DNA of 64,000 nt from Aureliella sp. (lineage in GTDB: Bacteria > Planctomycetota > Planctomycetia > Pirellulales > Pirellulaceae): contig OY829846.1 in NCBI GenBank assembly GCA_963691875.1, positions 1,824,001 through 1,888,000 of the forward strand, read 5' to 3'. Made by a program: the position numbers and the translations under genes. Shown in pieces: positions 30,316 to 41,520 of the stretch. Numbering within the stretch: position 1 is the stretch's first letter; each line of letters opens with the position of its first letter. A model generated the notes under the pieces. That model was not told where the DNA came from. It made no database searches and worked only from the letters and a program-made list of their open reading frames with translations.

Positions 30316-31020
30316 ATGGAAACCTCACTACATCGCCAGCTCAAATTGCACTACGCTCCATCTGAGGAAGCAACGGAAGTCAATCTTGGTGACTTTCGCA
30401 TTGATGCGATTTCCGAGTCCAATGAGCTAATCGAAATCCAGCACGCGTCGCTCGGCGCTCTTCGCGACAAGACTCGAAAGTTACTGCGTTCCCGCAAACA
30501 CGAGGTACGGATCGTCAAGCCGATTGTCGCTCGTAAACGTTTGACAACGCTCACCGAGAAAGACGGCGAAGTGAAAAGAACGCGAATGAGCCCGAAACGT
30601 GGAGAGATCATTGATTTCTTCGACGATATGGTCCACTTCTCGAGTGTCTTTCCCAAGAAGCGTTTGACGCTGGAAATTGTGCTGATCGAGTCGGAAGAAA
30701 TTCGCGTCGACCGAGAAGCACGACGCTGGAAGCGGAAGAATTACAAGTGCTTGGACCAGTGTTTAGTAGACGTCATGGAGTCCTTTGAGCTTCGCACCAA
30801 TGCCGACTTGTTGAATCTACTTCCTGTCGAAAATTTACCACAGCCTTTTGACACAGCAGAACTCGCCTCCGCGATGCAGCGTCCTCGCTGGTTCGCCCAG
30901 AAAGTTGCTTATTGCCTGCGACACACGGGAGCTGCGAAGTTGGCAGGCAAACGCAGTCGAAGCCAACTCTACCGAATCCCCAAGCCTAGGAGGAAGAAGT
31001 CGGCGAGCCTAGCCGGCTAG
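30316..31020 (+). CDS. Conserved hypothetical protein, probable PD-(D/E)xK nuclease-like fold
   Basis: 'ETSLHRQLK..Y', 'EV..GDFRIDA....ELIEIQH' (E..D..ExQ pattern) and a basic wHTH-like C-terminus. Confidence 0.6.
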   Translation: METSLHRQLKLHYAPSEEATEVNLGDFRIDAISESNELIEIQHASLGALRDKTRKLLRSRKHEVRIVKPIVARKRLTTLTEKDGEVKRTRMSPKRGEIIDFFDDMVHFSSVFPKKRLTLEIVLIESEEIRVDREARRWKRKNYKCLDQCLVDVMESFELRTNADLLNLLPVENLPQPFDTAELASAMQRPRWFAQKVAYCLRHTGAAKLAGKRSRSQLYRIPKPRRKKSASLAG

Positions 31021-31062
31021 GATGCTTAGTTTTCTTCGGTTACCGCACAGAACAACGCACCT

Positions 31063-33147
31063 CTATTTCTTCAAATGCTGACTTAGAATCTCAACGAGAG
31101 CATTACGTCGAAAAGGCTTGGGCAGTACGCCATCAAATCCTTTTGCCTTGAAATTGCTCATGATGGGATCCCGGTGATAACCCGAACACGCGAGTATCGG
31201 GACTTCAGCGTTAATCGCCCGGAGTTCGTGTAGGACCTCCGCACCGCCTCTGCCACCCTTGATACACAGATCAAGAATCATTAAGTCAATTGATTGGCCC
31301 TCCTGTTGCGCCAGATTTAAAACCTCAATAGCCTCATCGCCGTGAGTCGCTTCCAACACTTTATGCCCTAGCGACTCCAATAGCATGCGCACACCATGGC
31401 GAACGAGCGCTTCGTCTTCCAGCAACAAAATGCTTGAATTCGCTGAACCCTTCGGCTCCTGAGGCTCTTCATTGGCTGTAGCTTTCTCTGCACTAAGAGG
31501 AATTCGCACACGCGCCAACGCACCTCCGTCGCAGTTTTCGATCACAAGGCTTCCGTCATGACGCTTCAAAATATGGTAGGAGATAGTCAGACCGAGTCCA
31601 CTCCCATCTGCCTTCGATGTAAAGTATGGATCGAAGATGGATTCCAATTGCTCCTCCGGGATGCCTGTTCCTTCATCTTGAATCTCAACTTCAACTTGCT
31701 CTTCCGTACCGAAATCTGAATGTTTGTTGCTAGCGACTCTTAGCCGAACCATTCCGGCACCAGACATTGCCTGAGCCGCGTTCAGCAAAACATTGGAGAA
31801 AACTTGAGACATCTGGTCTGGGTCGACGCTCACCGCAATATCGAATTCTTGCGGCCGCCATTGCGTCGCGACATTCAATGGATCAAGAACCAGCGCTATA
31901 GACTTTTCGATTAATAACTTGAGGTTCGTCGGTCGACGTACAGGCGCACCGCCGTTGGAAAAGGCCAAAAGTTGTTTGGCAAGGGAGCGAGCTGAGTCAC
32001 AAGCGACTCGGGACAACTCCAGGGCAGTGGAAGTTTTAGAGTCATCCGCTGGAATAGGCTCCATGGCGCACTGGATTGCCGTCAAGTTATTGTTGAAGTC
32101 ATGAGCGATGCCGCCTGCCAGAATTCCGAGCGAGTCGATTCTTTGTACCTGTTCCGCCTGCTTAGCCAGCTGTTTCTGATGGGTAACATCACTAAATACC
32201 AGAACTATCTCAGCCTGAGCTACTTGGCGGGACTCCCCTAGGGTCCATCGCACATCTAACAATTTACCGTCACGTGACTGGATCACGGTATCGCTTGGTG
32301 CATTGAGTTTAGCAAGCCGAAAAAAATCTTCGCGGTCAATCCTAGACGCGGGAACGAAAACGCTTGCGACATTTAGACCAATTGCCTCCTCGATTGGCCA
32401 ACCGGTCAGCCGCGATGCCGAGGGGCTCATCAGCCTCACCGTTCCATTTTGATCAAAGCTGATCATTCCGTCCTGCATCGAGTTCAAGATCGATTCTAGA
32501 CGATCGCGTTGCTGCAAAATGTCAGCGTTTGCCTGCTCGAGCTCGTGTGTCCTCGACGCAACGCGCTGTTCCAATTCTGAATTGAGCTTCGCTAGCTCGC
32601 AGCTGATGCGTATCCGCTCTTGATCTGCCAGCGCAGAGCCAATCCTGGGAGCCGAGATATTGGCCATTGTCTGAAGTATCTCCAGATCGGCCTGCGAATA
32701 GGCGTCAAGCTTCTTGGACTCGGTATCGAGCACCGCGATCACTCGCCCTTCGAAATTTACTGGCACAGTCAGCTCAGATAGCCCGGCATAAACATCAAAG
32801 ATGTAGCGAGGATCTTGGCGAGTGTCTGAGATAAGCTCTGGAACGCCAGTACTGGCAACGTGGCCAACAATGCCGCTACCTACAGGGATCGAGATTGGTT
32901 TATTTAGCGTCCCGTCCTCGTTACGTTTCAACCCGTATGCAGCCCTCTGCACCATAGCGTCGCCTTCGCGCAGATAGACTACCGAATCCTCAAAGCCAGG
33001 CATCTTTCCAATTGCGTCTGCAATATCCCATAGCAAATCGCCCAAGGTACTCCGACGCAAAAGGCTGATCGCAAGATCCTTAATGATATCGATTTCCGGA
33101 AGCTTCCGGCCAGCAATCGGTGTCTTTTTCGGGGAGCTTTCGAACAT
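31063..33147 (-). CDS. Soluble hybrid sensor histidine kinase (GAF-PAS-HisKA-HATPase-REC)
   Basis: GAF 'GSGIVGHVASTG..DPRY', H-box 'AGGIAHDFNNNL', 'NVLLNAAQAM', 'DEGTGI', 'FDPYFTSK..GSGLGL', C-terminal REC. Confidence 0.95.
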   Translation of the reverse strand: MFESSPKKTPIAGRKLPEIDIIKDLAISLLRRSTLGDLLWDIADAIGKMPGFEDSVVYLREGDAMVQRAAYGLKRNEDGTLNKPISIPVGSGIVGHVASTGVPELISDTRQDPRYIFDVYAGLSELTVPVNFEGRVIAVLDTESKKLDAYSQADLEILQTMANISAPRIGSALADQERIRISCELAKLNSELEQRVASRTHELEQANADILQQRDRLESILNSMQDGMISFDQNGTVRLMSPSASRLTGWPIEEAIGLNVASVFVPASRIDREDFFRLAKLNAPSDTVIQSRDGKLLDVRWTLGESRQVAQAEIVLVFSDVTHQKQLAKQAEQVQRIDSLGILAGGIAHDFNNNLTAIQCAMEPIPADDSKTSTALELSRVACDSARSLAKQLLAFSNGGAPVRRPTNLKLLIEKSIALVLDPLNVATQWRPQEFDIAVSVDPDQMSQVFSNVLLNAAQAMSGAGMVRLRVASNKHSDFGTEEQVEVEIQDEGTGIPEEQLESIFDPYFTSKADGSGLGLTISYHILKRHDGSLVIENCDGGALARVRIPLSAEKATANEEPQEPKGSANSSILLLEDEALVRHGVRMLLESLGHKVLEATHGDEAIEVLNLAQQEGQSIDLMILDLCIKGGRGGAEVLHELRAINAEVPILACSGYHRDPIMSNFKAKGFDGVLPKPFRRNALVEILSQHLKK

Positions 33148-33305
33148 ACAAAACTCAGGTTAATCGATGGGGAATCACTCTACAGTACTGATCGTCCCAA
33201 AAAGGAAACCCCAATTCCGACCAAGTATCCATTCTGACTGAGCGAAACGGAGACAAAATCGTGCAGACTCCCCTGAACAATAGCTAAGACGGAGTTCGGA
33301 AGAAA

Positions 33306-33325
33306 TATGTGGAAACTATGTGGAA
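33306..33325. promoter_or_regulatory. Direct repeat TATGTGGAA-ac-TATGTGGAA (11-bp period), candidate regulator site
   Basis: Exact 9-mer repeated one helical turn apart in the divergent kinase/DUF1553 intergenic region. Confidence 0.35.
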
Positions 33326-33518
33326 CGCTTGGGAGTATGAGTTTGAGTAGGAAAGGCACGCAATGGCATCGTAGCCCACGCCATCGTTTAAAACTGCTGT
33401 CGCAAGGTTGATGCTGCGGGCATACTGCAAAATGACGGGGCGGGATTCGATTATAATTGAGGCCTTCCAGAACCACCAAAGAGTCCTGCACTACCCGCCA
33501 AATTGCTTGGTCCTTCCC

Positions 33519-36500
33519 ATGGCCTCTCTACGTAACTACTGGCTCAAATCCCTTTTGACCGCGTGTTTGCTTGGCATCGTACCGTTGCACGCAATCGCAA
33601 AAGACAACGGCTCACATTCCAGCGCTGCTCTTTGGAACAAGATGAAGGATGTATTATCCGAGAAATGTTTTGCCTGCCATGGTCGGCTAAAGCAAGAAGC
33701 AGGTCTAAGACTCGAAACCCGAAATCTCATTCTGAACGGAGGAGAATCGGGCAAGACCGTGGACTTGGAAGCCCCCTTGGCAAGCTTACTTTGGCAGCGA
33801 GTTTCAGCCGAAGCAGACTCACGTATGCCGCCTGAAGGCGAAGGTTCAGCATTAACATCCGAAGAACTCGAATTACTCCGAAACTGGCTGCAGGCAGGAG
33901 CACCCGCTCCCGACGAACCGACGCCGCCAAGCCCGCTTGAACATTGGGCCTTCCAAACTCTTCAACGCCCAAACGCGAGCAGCATCGACGAACTATTGCA
34001 TCGCAAACATCTGCAATACGGACTTGAGACGAGTCCGCCAGCCGACCGAACTCTCGCGATTCGAAGAGTTTACCTCGATCTCGTTGGCTTGCCTCCGACA
34101 AGTGAGCAGCTTCAGGACGAGCGACCATGGGAAGAAATCGTCGACGAACTCCTCGCCCGTCCGCAGTACGGCGAACGATGGGGCAGGCATTGGATGGATG
34201 TCTGGAGATACAGCGACAACTATGGATTAAATGCACAACTGAGATACAGCCAGAAGCACATGTGGCATTGGCGCGACTGGATTGTGCAATCACTCAACGA
34301 CGACAAAGGCTACGATCGCATGCTGCTGGAGATGCTGGCTGGCGATGAACTCGAACCGCTGAACGACAAAGTGGTCGCTGGAACCGGTTTTCTGGCTAGA
34401 AATTACTACTTGTTCAACCGAACGACTTGGCTAGACGCAACCATTGAGCACACAGGCAAAGCCTTCCTGGGCTTAACGCTAAATTGCGCGAAATGCCACG
34501 ATCACAAATACGATCCGATTTCACAGCAAGACTACTATAACTTCCGCGCGATTTTCGAACCACATCAAGTGCGTCTGGATCCTGTGGCTGGGCAGCTAGA
34601 TTTCGAAAAAGACGGTTTGCCTAGAGTTTTCGATGACCATCTCGACGCCGAGACGTTCCTGCACATTCGCGGGGATGAGAAGAACCCAGATCACGATCTC
34701 GAGATACAAGCACTTGTGCCGGCATTGTTTTCCTCTTTTCAGCCCGCACCAAAGTCTATCGAACTTCCGCGTGAGGCATACTCACCAGGAATGCGTAACC
34801 ATGTGCAACAAGCAATTCTGGCAGCTGCGAAGGAGAACGTTGCCGAAGCCAGAGAAACCGTCAAGACTTCGAAGAGGAAGCTGGCAGCTAGTCTCACAAC
34901 TCAAGAGGACACTCCCGAAAAGATCGCAGCGCAACCCGCTTTTGAACTGACGGAGGACTTTGATGCGTCTAGCGAAAGCTGGACCTTGGTTGGTGAGGTC
35001 TGGAAGTTTGCGGATGGCAAACTGCTACAAACAGAGTCGAGTCGAGATACCCAGGCAGTGCGGCTTAACCGTTCGTTGCCACGCGATTTTGAGTTTGAGG
35101 CGGACTACGTCACAACCGGTGGAACCACCTACAAGTCGATTAGCTTTCAGTTTGATACTTCAGAGAATCACAAGCACCGTAACTTTGTTTACACCAGTGC
35201 TCATGCTCCTGGCCCTAAAGTTCAATTTGCCTTCGATCGTAATGGGAATTCATCTTATCCTGCGGACGGTCGCTCGCCACAAAAGATTGAGGTTGGTAAG
35301 CCAATCAAACTCCGCTTTGCCATACGCGATCGCTTGGCAAACGTCTGGCTCAATGGCAAATTCCTGTTGGCTTACGAGTATCCGAGTCGCGAAAACGGCA
35401 ACTTTGAAATTGCAACTTTTGATGCAACCGTCGCACTCGACCGAATTCAGCTTCGTGCCTTACCGAAAAACTTCGAACTACACCTGCCGAATGCTCGATC
35501 CACCCCCGCAGCCTCTTCCCCTAAAATTCAGTTAGAAATCGCAACGAGACACGTTGATGCCTGCGAGGCCGAACTGCGAGCACTTCAAGCAGTGGTTGCA
35601 GCCGACAACGAACAGAAGAAGATCGCGACGTCAGAAGAGCGTTTTGAGCAACTTGCTCGCAATGCCGTAGAGGCGCAGTTCGAAGCCAAACGGTTGCGAG
35701 CGGAGCATGATGTCCTTGCATTTCGTGCGAAGGACGCGAACAAGAGTCAGGCCGCGAGTAAATTGCTGGAACAATTAAGAAAGCAAGCCCCCAATGCTAT
35801 TCGCAATTTGGACTACCAAAGTGTCCGCGCCTCACGCAAAGCACTTGAGACGCCTGCACACAAAGAAACGGATTATCCGAACACGTATTCCGCAACAAGC
35901 ACCGGTCGGCGACTCTCATTAGCACGTTGGGTCGTCGATGAGCGGAATCCGCTCACCGCACGCGTTGCAGTGAACCATATTTGGATGCGGCATTTTGGAA
36001 CACCGCTCGTCGAATCGGTCTCCGATTTCGGCTTACGTGCCGCTGCCCCAGTGCATCAGGATATTTTAGACTTTTTGGCCTGCGAGTTGATCGATTCGGG
36101 CTGGAGTATGAAGCATCTCCATCGGGTTATTGTTGCATCCAAGGCCTACCAGCGATCTAGCCTTTCAGGCAGCCAGGAAAATCTCAAGACCGACCGCGAC
36201 AATAATTATCTCTGGCGAATGAATTCTCGCCGAATGGAATCTCAAGTACTCGGTGATAGCTTGTTGAGTTTGGGTGGCGAGCTCGATTTGACGATTGGTG
36301 GACCTTCCATCCCTGTTGGAACAAGCAAGCGAAGAAGCCTCTACTATCGCCACAGCCGCGATGATAAAGACAAATTCCTCTCGACATTTGATGACGCGGA
36401 TTTTTTGCAATGCTATCGACGCCAGGAAAGCGTTTTGCCACAACAAGCTTTGGCGCTCTCGAACAGCAAGTTGTCTCACGATGTGGCGAGCAAAATTGCA

Positions 36501-36734
36501 GCAAAACTGACAAGCACCTTTACGGACGATTCGTACGGAGATTTCACGAGGCGTGCTTTTGCCCTGCTTCTTGGACGCGAAGCAACTGCCGAGGAATTAT
36601 TGGAGTGCAACGGTTTTCAACAGGAGTTGAAAGAGCTTTACCAGGATCTGTCCGAAGCGGAATGCAATCAACGAATCCGCAACAAACTGGCGCATGCTTT
36701 GCTCAACCACAATGATTTTGTTTCGATACGTTAA
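33519..36734 (+). CDS. Planctomycete cytochrome c / DUF1549 / DUF1553 (PSCyt1-PSCyt2-PSD1) protein with an inserted ConA/DUF1080-like domain
   Basis: 'CFACHG', 'HWAFQ', '[15 protein letters not shown]', '[11 protein letters not shown]', '[13 protein letters not shown]'. Start set to ATG 33519. Confidence 0.93.
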   Translation: MASLRNYWLKSLLTACLLGIVPLHAIAKDNGSHSSAALWNKMKDVLSEKCFACHGRLKQEAGLRLETRNLILNGGESGKTVDLEAPLASLLWQRVSAEADSRMPPEGEGSALTSEELELLRNWLQAGAPAPDEPTPPSPLEHWAFQTLQRPNASSIDELLHRKHLQYGLETSPPADRTLAIRRVYLDLVGLPPTSEQLQDERPWEEIVDELLARPQYGERWGRHWMDVWRYSDNYGLNAQLRYSQKHMWHWRDWIVQSLNDDKGYDRMLLEMLAGDELEPLNDKVVAGTGFLARNYYLFNRTTWLDATIEHTGKAFLGLTLNCAKCHDHKYDPISQQDYYNFRAIFEPHQVRLDPVAGQLDFEKDGLPRVFDDHLDAETFLHIRGDEKNPDHDLEIQALVPALFSSFQPAPKSIELPREAYSPGMRNHVQQAILAAAKENVAEARETVKTSKRKLAASLTTQEDTPEKIAAQPAFELTEDFDASSESWTLVGEVWKFADGKLLQTESSRDTQAVRLNRSLPRDFEFEADYVTTGGTTYKSISFQFDTSENHKHRNFVYTSAHAPGPKVQFAFDRNGNSSYPADGRSPQKIEVGKPIKLRFAIRDRLANVWLNGKFLLAYEYPSRENGNFEIATFDATVALDRIQLRALPKNFELHLPNARSTPAASSPKIQLEIATRHVDACEAELRALQAVVAADNEQKKIATSEERFEQLARNAVEAQFEAKRLRAEHDVLAFRAKDANKSQAASKLLEQLRKQAPNAIRNLDYQSVRASRKALETPAHKETDYPNTYSATSTGRRLSLARWVVDERNPLTARVAVNHIWMRHFGTPLVESVSDFGLRAAAPVHQDILDFLACELIDSGWSMKHLHRVIVASKAYQRSSLSGSQENLKTDRDNNYLWRMNSRRMESQVLGDSLLSLGGELDLTIGGPSIPVGTSKRRSLYYRHSRDDKDKFLSTFDDADFLQCYRRQESVLPQQALALSNSKLSHDVASKIAAKLTSTFTDDSYGDFTRRAFALLLGREATAEELLECNGFQQELKELYQDLSEAECNQRIRNKLAHALLNHNDFVSIR

Positions 36735-36760
36735 CCCCCATTGTTCTAAGGCAAGAGAAC

Positions 36761-38185
36761 GTGCATTCGATAGACCGAAGAAAGTTGTTAACTCAGTCTG
36801 GTCTAGGTTTTGGGTCTTTGGCGTTAAGCGCGATGTTGCAGCGTGAGACGATGGCGGAATCGGAGAAGCCATCGGGACTCCCAGACTTTGCCCCCAAGGC
36901 CAAGAGCGTTATTTGGCTTTTTATGCGTGGCGGCGTGAGCCACATGGAGAGTTTTGATCCCAAGCCGACGTTGAATAAGTACGCAGGGAAGTCGATTCCA
37001 GAGACTCCATTTGCGAAAGTGCAAGATCCGAAATTGCTGGACCGAGTACGTGTTGTGGTGGTCAACGACGCAAACGGCCAAGAACGCAACAAGCTTTTTC
37101 CACTCCAAGTCGGTTTTCGGCCGCGTGGGCAAAGCGGTATCGAAGTAAGCAATTGGTTTCCACACATCGGGTCGTGTGTTGACGATCTTGCGATTGTTCG
37201 GTCGATGTGGACCACCGACGACAACCATGGAGCGCAAGTACAGTTTCACTCCGGTCGCCACATGCTCGATCCCCGTGCACCAACGATAGGCGCTTGGGTA
37301 AACTTTGGACTGGGTACGCTTAATGAGAATCTGCCTCAGTTCATAAGTATGGGACCGCGATTTTTTGACCGTGGTGATGGGCACTACCTGGGGCCATCCT
37401 ACGATGCCGTCCCACTCAAGATTGATCCGAAAAATCCGCTCGACTACGCTCAGCCAGAAGTCACGCTTCGAGCTGGTGAACAAGCCGCCGAATTCAAGCT
37501 GCTCGGCAAACTCAATCGCCTCACCCAATTTCAATATCCCACCGATCCGCAACTTGAAGCCAGGATTCAGTCCTACGAGCTCGCCTATCGGATGCAAACT
37601 TCTGTGCCCGACATCATCCGCTTTCAAGACGAGTCCGCGAGTACGCAGCGTCTGTACGGCCTAGATCAAAAAGAGACCAGGGCCTTCGGGGAACAACTTT
37701 TAGCCGCTCGGCGATTTGTGGAAAAAGGAGTTCGCTTTGTCCAGATTATGCATGGCGGTGGAGCAGCCGGGGCTTGGGATCAGCACTCGGGGCTTCGTAA
37801 GAAGCATCCTGAGTTGGCCATGCAAGTCGACAGACCAGTCGCCGGACTACTTCGAGATCTGAAGCAACGCGGATTGTTCGATGAAACGATTGTAGTCTTC
37901 GCGACTGAGTTTGGTCGCACGCCAGGCTCACAAGGAGCAGACGGGCGCGATCACCATCCACACGGCTTTAGTATTTGGATGGCTGGCGGCGGATTGAAAG
38001 GCGGAATTGCCCATGGAGCCACCGACGAAATTGGCTATCACGCTGTTGAGGACGCGCACTACGTGACCGACGTTCACGCGACCCTGCTACATCAACTTGG
38101 GCTGAACGCCCGCAAGCTACATATCGACGGCCACAAGCGACTCGAGATCGACTACGGCAACCCCATCCACCAAATCATCGCCTAA
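36761..38185 (+). CDS. DUF1501 protein (Tat-exported)
   Basis: Twin-Arg 'DRRKLL', '[23 protein letters not shown]', 'EFGRTP', 'GRDHHP'. Confidence 0.95.
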   Translation: MHSIDRRKLLTQSGLGFGSLALSAMLQRETMAESEKPSGLPDFAPKAKSVIWLFMRGGVSHMESFDPKPTLNKYAGKSIPETPFAKVQDPKLLDRVRVVVVNDANGQERNKLFPLQVGFRPRGQSGIEVSNWFPHIGSCVDDLAIVRSMWTTDDNHGAQVQFHSGRHMLDPRAPTIGAWVNFGLGTLNENLPQFISMGPRFFDRGDGHYLGPSYDAVPLKIDPKNPLDYAQPEVTLRAGEQAAEFKLLGKLNRLTQFQYPTDPQLEARIQSYELAYRMQTSVPDIIRFQDESASTQRLYGLDQKETRAFGEQLLAARRFVEKGVRFVQIMHGGGAAGAWDQHSGLRKKHPELAMQVDRPVAGLLRDLKQRGLFDETIVVFATEFGRTPGSQGADGRDHHPHGFSIWMAGGGLKGGIAHGATDEIGYHAVEDAHYVTDVHATLLHQLGLNARKLHIDGHKRLEIDYGNPIHQIIA

Positions 38186-38224
38186 ACCTCAACGGATCGT
38201 CGAGCCTGCAGCAGCCTCCCTCTC

Positions 38225-39009
38225 CTACCCAACTCCTTGAGCAACCCGTTTTGTCAGCTTGGGCTCATCTTCCAAAACTCTGGCCGATATCAGCCGCCCT
38301 ACACTTCCACCGTCGACGTAGCGAACAAAGATACCAGTTTGATCGCGAGCAAGCTCAAACTCTTGTGAGCTAACAACAGGCGGATCTGCGCAGTCGTCGC
38401 CTGTTTGCAGATCAATCCGAACTCGGGCTACGCCCTGTTGTTTGTCCACGCAGCCCAAGATCTTGCACGGTCGTCCTTGGGTTCCCCAGTCCACATGTTG
38501 CCGGGGTCTCAACGCGATAGCGCCCTCATATCCCTCGTTATATTGGGCATCTACTAACTTTCGCAACGCCGCTGTTCTTTCAGCACTCAAGACTTGCGAG
38601 AACGCGAAAACTCCTTGCCATTCCTCCGCCTGTTCTTCCGTGAAGTCGATGCCATCCACGCCAATCGCGCGGTATTCAACCTGCATCGTGGGCTTGTCGC
38701 TTTCGGCCAGTTCTTGAGACAAATGTTCAAATTCAGCGTTACCTTCCTTCATGTCGCGAACGATCAAAGATAAAGTCGGAGCGTGGGGCTTGATGATATT
38801 TGAGTAGCATATCGTTGTTATCGTATCCGAAAGCTCTTCAAGAGCTGCCCGCGCCTCTTCCTTTGCTTCTAAGGTCTTACCCAAGGGACGACTTAAGGCG
38901 GACTTAGCAACCTAATTTCCAACTTTGTAGACTCTTACCATGGCAGCTCTTCATCTAGGCATCGGGAACAGATCACCAAGCCAAATAACAGAAATAGCGT
39001 CGTTCTCAC
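38225..39009 (-). pseudogene. Disrupted secreted protein with a secretin-N/NolW-like segment
   Basis: GTG 39009 (GGAG upstream) starts 'MRTTLFLLFGLVICSRCLDEELP', then a frameshift to 'MVRVYKVGN*VAKS' (TAG 38912-38914), continuing in frame into ORF 38225-38884 ('ITTIC..IKPHAPTLSLIVR....EFEHLSQEL....QVEYR'). Confidence 0.55.
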
Positions 39010-39290
39010 TATCAGTTTGCTCCATGAGCTGAACTGCGGGTCGTCTGCGGCCTGCCTTCCAGCATGAGTCACATGTAGCAAGTTTCCCGCGCCCCGATAC
39101 CACCAGTCCGATTCGACTAGAGGCTAGCAAAAGCAGCTTGGCGTAGGGCAGCAATTCTTGTTTGTGCTGCAGTGTGGCCCTTAGCACTCTCTTGTTTTCG
39201 CATAGTGCCCCGGACATCCGGACAGCTAAAGCCTGGCCTCGCCCCCGACGTGGATGGCGTCGGGCGCGACTCAAGCAGTTTACGAAAACC

Positions 39291-40364
39291 CTAAAGGGCG
39301 GCGAGAACTAAATCAGCGATGGCAACCGTGCCGAGCGACTCTTCACCAGAGCTGGCGAGGTCTGCGGTGCGTGCGCCACCAGCCAACACTTTTTTCACGG
39401 CAGCCTCAATACACTTCGCTTCTTGCTCCAGACCTACTGAATGCCGTAGCATCATTGCAGCAGCCAGGATCGTTGCCAGCGGATTCGCAATTCCTTTGCC
39501 AGCGATGTCGGGTGCACTTCCGTGAATTGGCTCGTACAGTCCTGGACCGCTACTGCCGATCGATGCGCTGGGAAGCATGCCCAGTGACCCAGGCAACATT
39601 GACGCCTCGTCGGTCAGAATATCGCCAAACATATTGCTAGTGACCACAACGTCGAAGCTGGTGGGCCGGCTAATGAGATGCATAGCCATAGCGTCGACGA
39701 GCACGACTTCGTAGTCGAGATCCTGATACTCGTTTTCGACCAACTCCGCACACACACGCCGCCACAGTCGACTTGCTTCGAGCACGTTTGCCTTGTCGAC
39801 CATCGTCAACCTGCCACGACGGTTCCGAGCGGCTTCAGCTGCTAGCCGAAAAATCCGACGAATCTCCTCGCTCTCGTAAACCATCGTGCTTTCCGCACGC
39901 TGGTTCCCGCCTCCGAGATCCTCGCAGTTCGAGGGGCCAAAGTAGATACCGCCCGTCAATTCACGAAAAAACAGGATGTCTGTGCCTTCCAGCACCTCTC
40001 GCTTGATCGGAGAAGCGTCTAGCAACTCGGCGAAAGGAATAATCGGTCGTAAGTTAGCAAACAGCCCTAGCTGTTTACGAATGGCCAGCAATCCAGCTTC
40101 AGGGCGTGTTTTCGCATTTGGGTCATCCCACTTCGGTCCGCCGACTGCACCGAGCAAGATGGCTTGACTCGCTTTACAGGCGTCGACTGTCGCTTGAGGT
40201 AGTGCTTCGCCGGTTTGGTCGATAGCGATGCCGCCGAGTAAACACTCTTCGAAGGCAAACTGATGCGAAAACTTCTCAGCAACCTTTTCCAGGACACGTT
40301 TGGCTTGTGAGACAATTTCTGGGCCGATGCCATCACCGGGCAGAAGAACAAAGCGGGCTTCCAA
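39291..40364 (-). CDS. leuB: 3-isopropylmalate dehydrogenase
   Basis: '[10 protein letters not shown]', '[10 protein letters not shown]', 'LFANLRP', '[10 protein letters not shown]', 'VDKANVL', '[12 protein letters not shown]', '[12 protein letters not shown]'. Confidence 0.97.
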   Translation of the reverse strand: MEARFVLLPGDGIGPEIVSQAKRVLEKVAEKFSHQFAFEECLLGGIAIDQTGEALPQATVDACKASQAILLGAVGGPKWDDPNAKTRPEAGLLAIRKQLGLFANLRPIIPFAELLDASPIKREVLEGTDILFFRELTGGIYFGPSNCEDLGGGNQRAESTMVYESEEIRRIFRLAAEAARNRRGRLTMVDKANVLEASRLWRRVCAELVENEYQDLDYEVVLVDAMAMHLISRPTSFDVVVTSNMFGDILTDEASMLPGSLGMLPSASIGSSGPGLYEPIHGSAPDIAGKGIANPLATILAAAMMLRHSVGLEQEAKCIEAAVKKVLAGGARTADLASSGEESLGTVAIADLVLAAL

Positions 40365-40398
40365 GGTATTTTTCCGTGGTTGAATGAGAGGGCAAACT

Positions 40399-40421
40399 GC
40401 GGCCCCTGGAAGAGGAGCCGC
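40399..40421 (-). terminator. GC-rich hairpin downstream of the DUF1080 gene
   Basis: Minus-strand GCGGCUCCU-CUUCC-AGGGGCCGC (9 bp, one G-U) followed by AGUUUG; weak U-tract. Confidence 0.45.
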
Positions 40422-40441
40422 TGATGAATGGATGCGACGAG

Positions 40442-41269
40442 CTACTTCGCGGCATCACTCTTTTGAAGTGAGCGTTTTGGCTTGGGAGTGATCGGAACTT
40501 CCTTATCGCCTTTGCGGAGGAAAGGATCGCGAACCTGTTCGCCCTGAATCGGATTTAGCGGACGCACCCACATGTTCCGAAAGCGAACTGGATTGCCGTG
40601 GTCCTGTAGGCTGATTGGTCCCGCCTCACCATGCTTATTGTATTGTGGTGGTCGATTGAATGGCGTATCGCCTAACAGCTCAAAGTGGTTCAATACAAGA
40701 ACACCATTGTGCAACGCAGTAATATAGGCAGGAGACTTGAGTGAACCATCTCCGTTGAAACGAGGCGCCGTCCACATGATGTCATAGGTGTTCCATTCCC
40801 CCGGCTTGCGCATGGCATTGACCATCGGAGGTGTCTGCTTGTAGATAGCAGCCGCTTGACCGTCAAAGTAAGTCTTGTTTTCATAGGAGTCGAGGATCTG
40901 CATCTCGTAGATACCCATCATAAAGATGCCACTATTACCACGCCCCTGTCCACTGCCCTTGACTTCGACTGGCGAAGACCATTCGAGGTGGATTTGGCAA
41001 TCGCCAAACTGTTCGTTGCAAGTTATCTTGCCTTTGCCGGCGTACACAACTCCTTCCTTCACCGTCCAACGCTCACCGTTCTTCCAGTTCTTCAAATCCT
41101 TGCCATTAAATAGCTGGACCGCATCCGAAGGAGCTTCTACGTTGACAGCTCCTGGAGTCACAACTGGTGGTTCAGCCCACTTGATACCAGTCAAGTATTC
41201 GTCGGCATTGGCGTTAATGGCAGCTGCCAACAGAAAGCAGGCTGCAAAGACAGGGAAGAGTTGTCTCAT
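40442..41269 (-). CDS. DUF1080 (3-keto-glycoside hydrolase-like) secreted protein
   Basis: Signal peptide, '[13 protein letters not shown]', 'GQGRGNSG', 'YEMQILDS', 'PGEWNTYDI', '[14 protein letters not shown]'. Confidence 0.94.
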   Translation of the reverse strand: MRQLFPVFAACFLLAAAINANADEYLTGIKWAEPPVVTPGAVNVEAPSDAVQLFNGKDLKNWKNGERWTVKEGVVYAGKGKITCNEQFGDCQIHLEWSSPVEVKGSGQGRGNSGIFMMGIYEMQILDSYENKTYFDGQAAAIYKQTPPMVNAMRKPGEWNTYDIMWTAPRFNGDGSLKSPAYITALHNGVLVLNHFELLGDTPFNRPPQYNKHGEAGPISLQDHGNPVRFRNMWVRPLNPIQGEQVRDPFLRKGDKEVPITPKPKRSLQKSDAAK

Positions 41270-41520
41270 AATAGGTCCTCACGTTGGGTACACAGGAAGG
41301 AAGGCTCGACACTGGCTTAGGATTGCACAAATTGGTACACTGGTGTTGCGCCTTTTAATGCACCAAGCCAAAAGTGAATCGACGCCTCATTTTACTGCGT
41401 ACTTCGGGATTGCGTAGCGGCCCGTGAAAACAACTCATCGAAAACCGCTACTGGTAGAATTTGCAGCCTTGCTCCCGGTTGTTCATTCGACGAGTCCCAT
41501 CCGACGACAGAAGATAATGG

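Noticed and set aside
33308..33327. TGTGGA-containing 9-mers resembling DnaA boxes
   Set aside because: Two or more mismatches each, only two copies, no AT-rich unwinding element and no dnaA/dnaN context, so not an origin.
38951..39274. 107-aa ORF downstream of leuB
   Set aside because: No motif and atypical composition; its 3' end is better explained by the signal-peptide frame of the 38225-39009 pseudogene.
39291..40364. leuB separated from other leu genes
   Set aside because: Scattered amino-acid biosynthesis genes are ordinary in planctomycetes, and I found no leader-peptide attenuator upstream.
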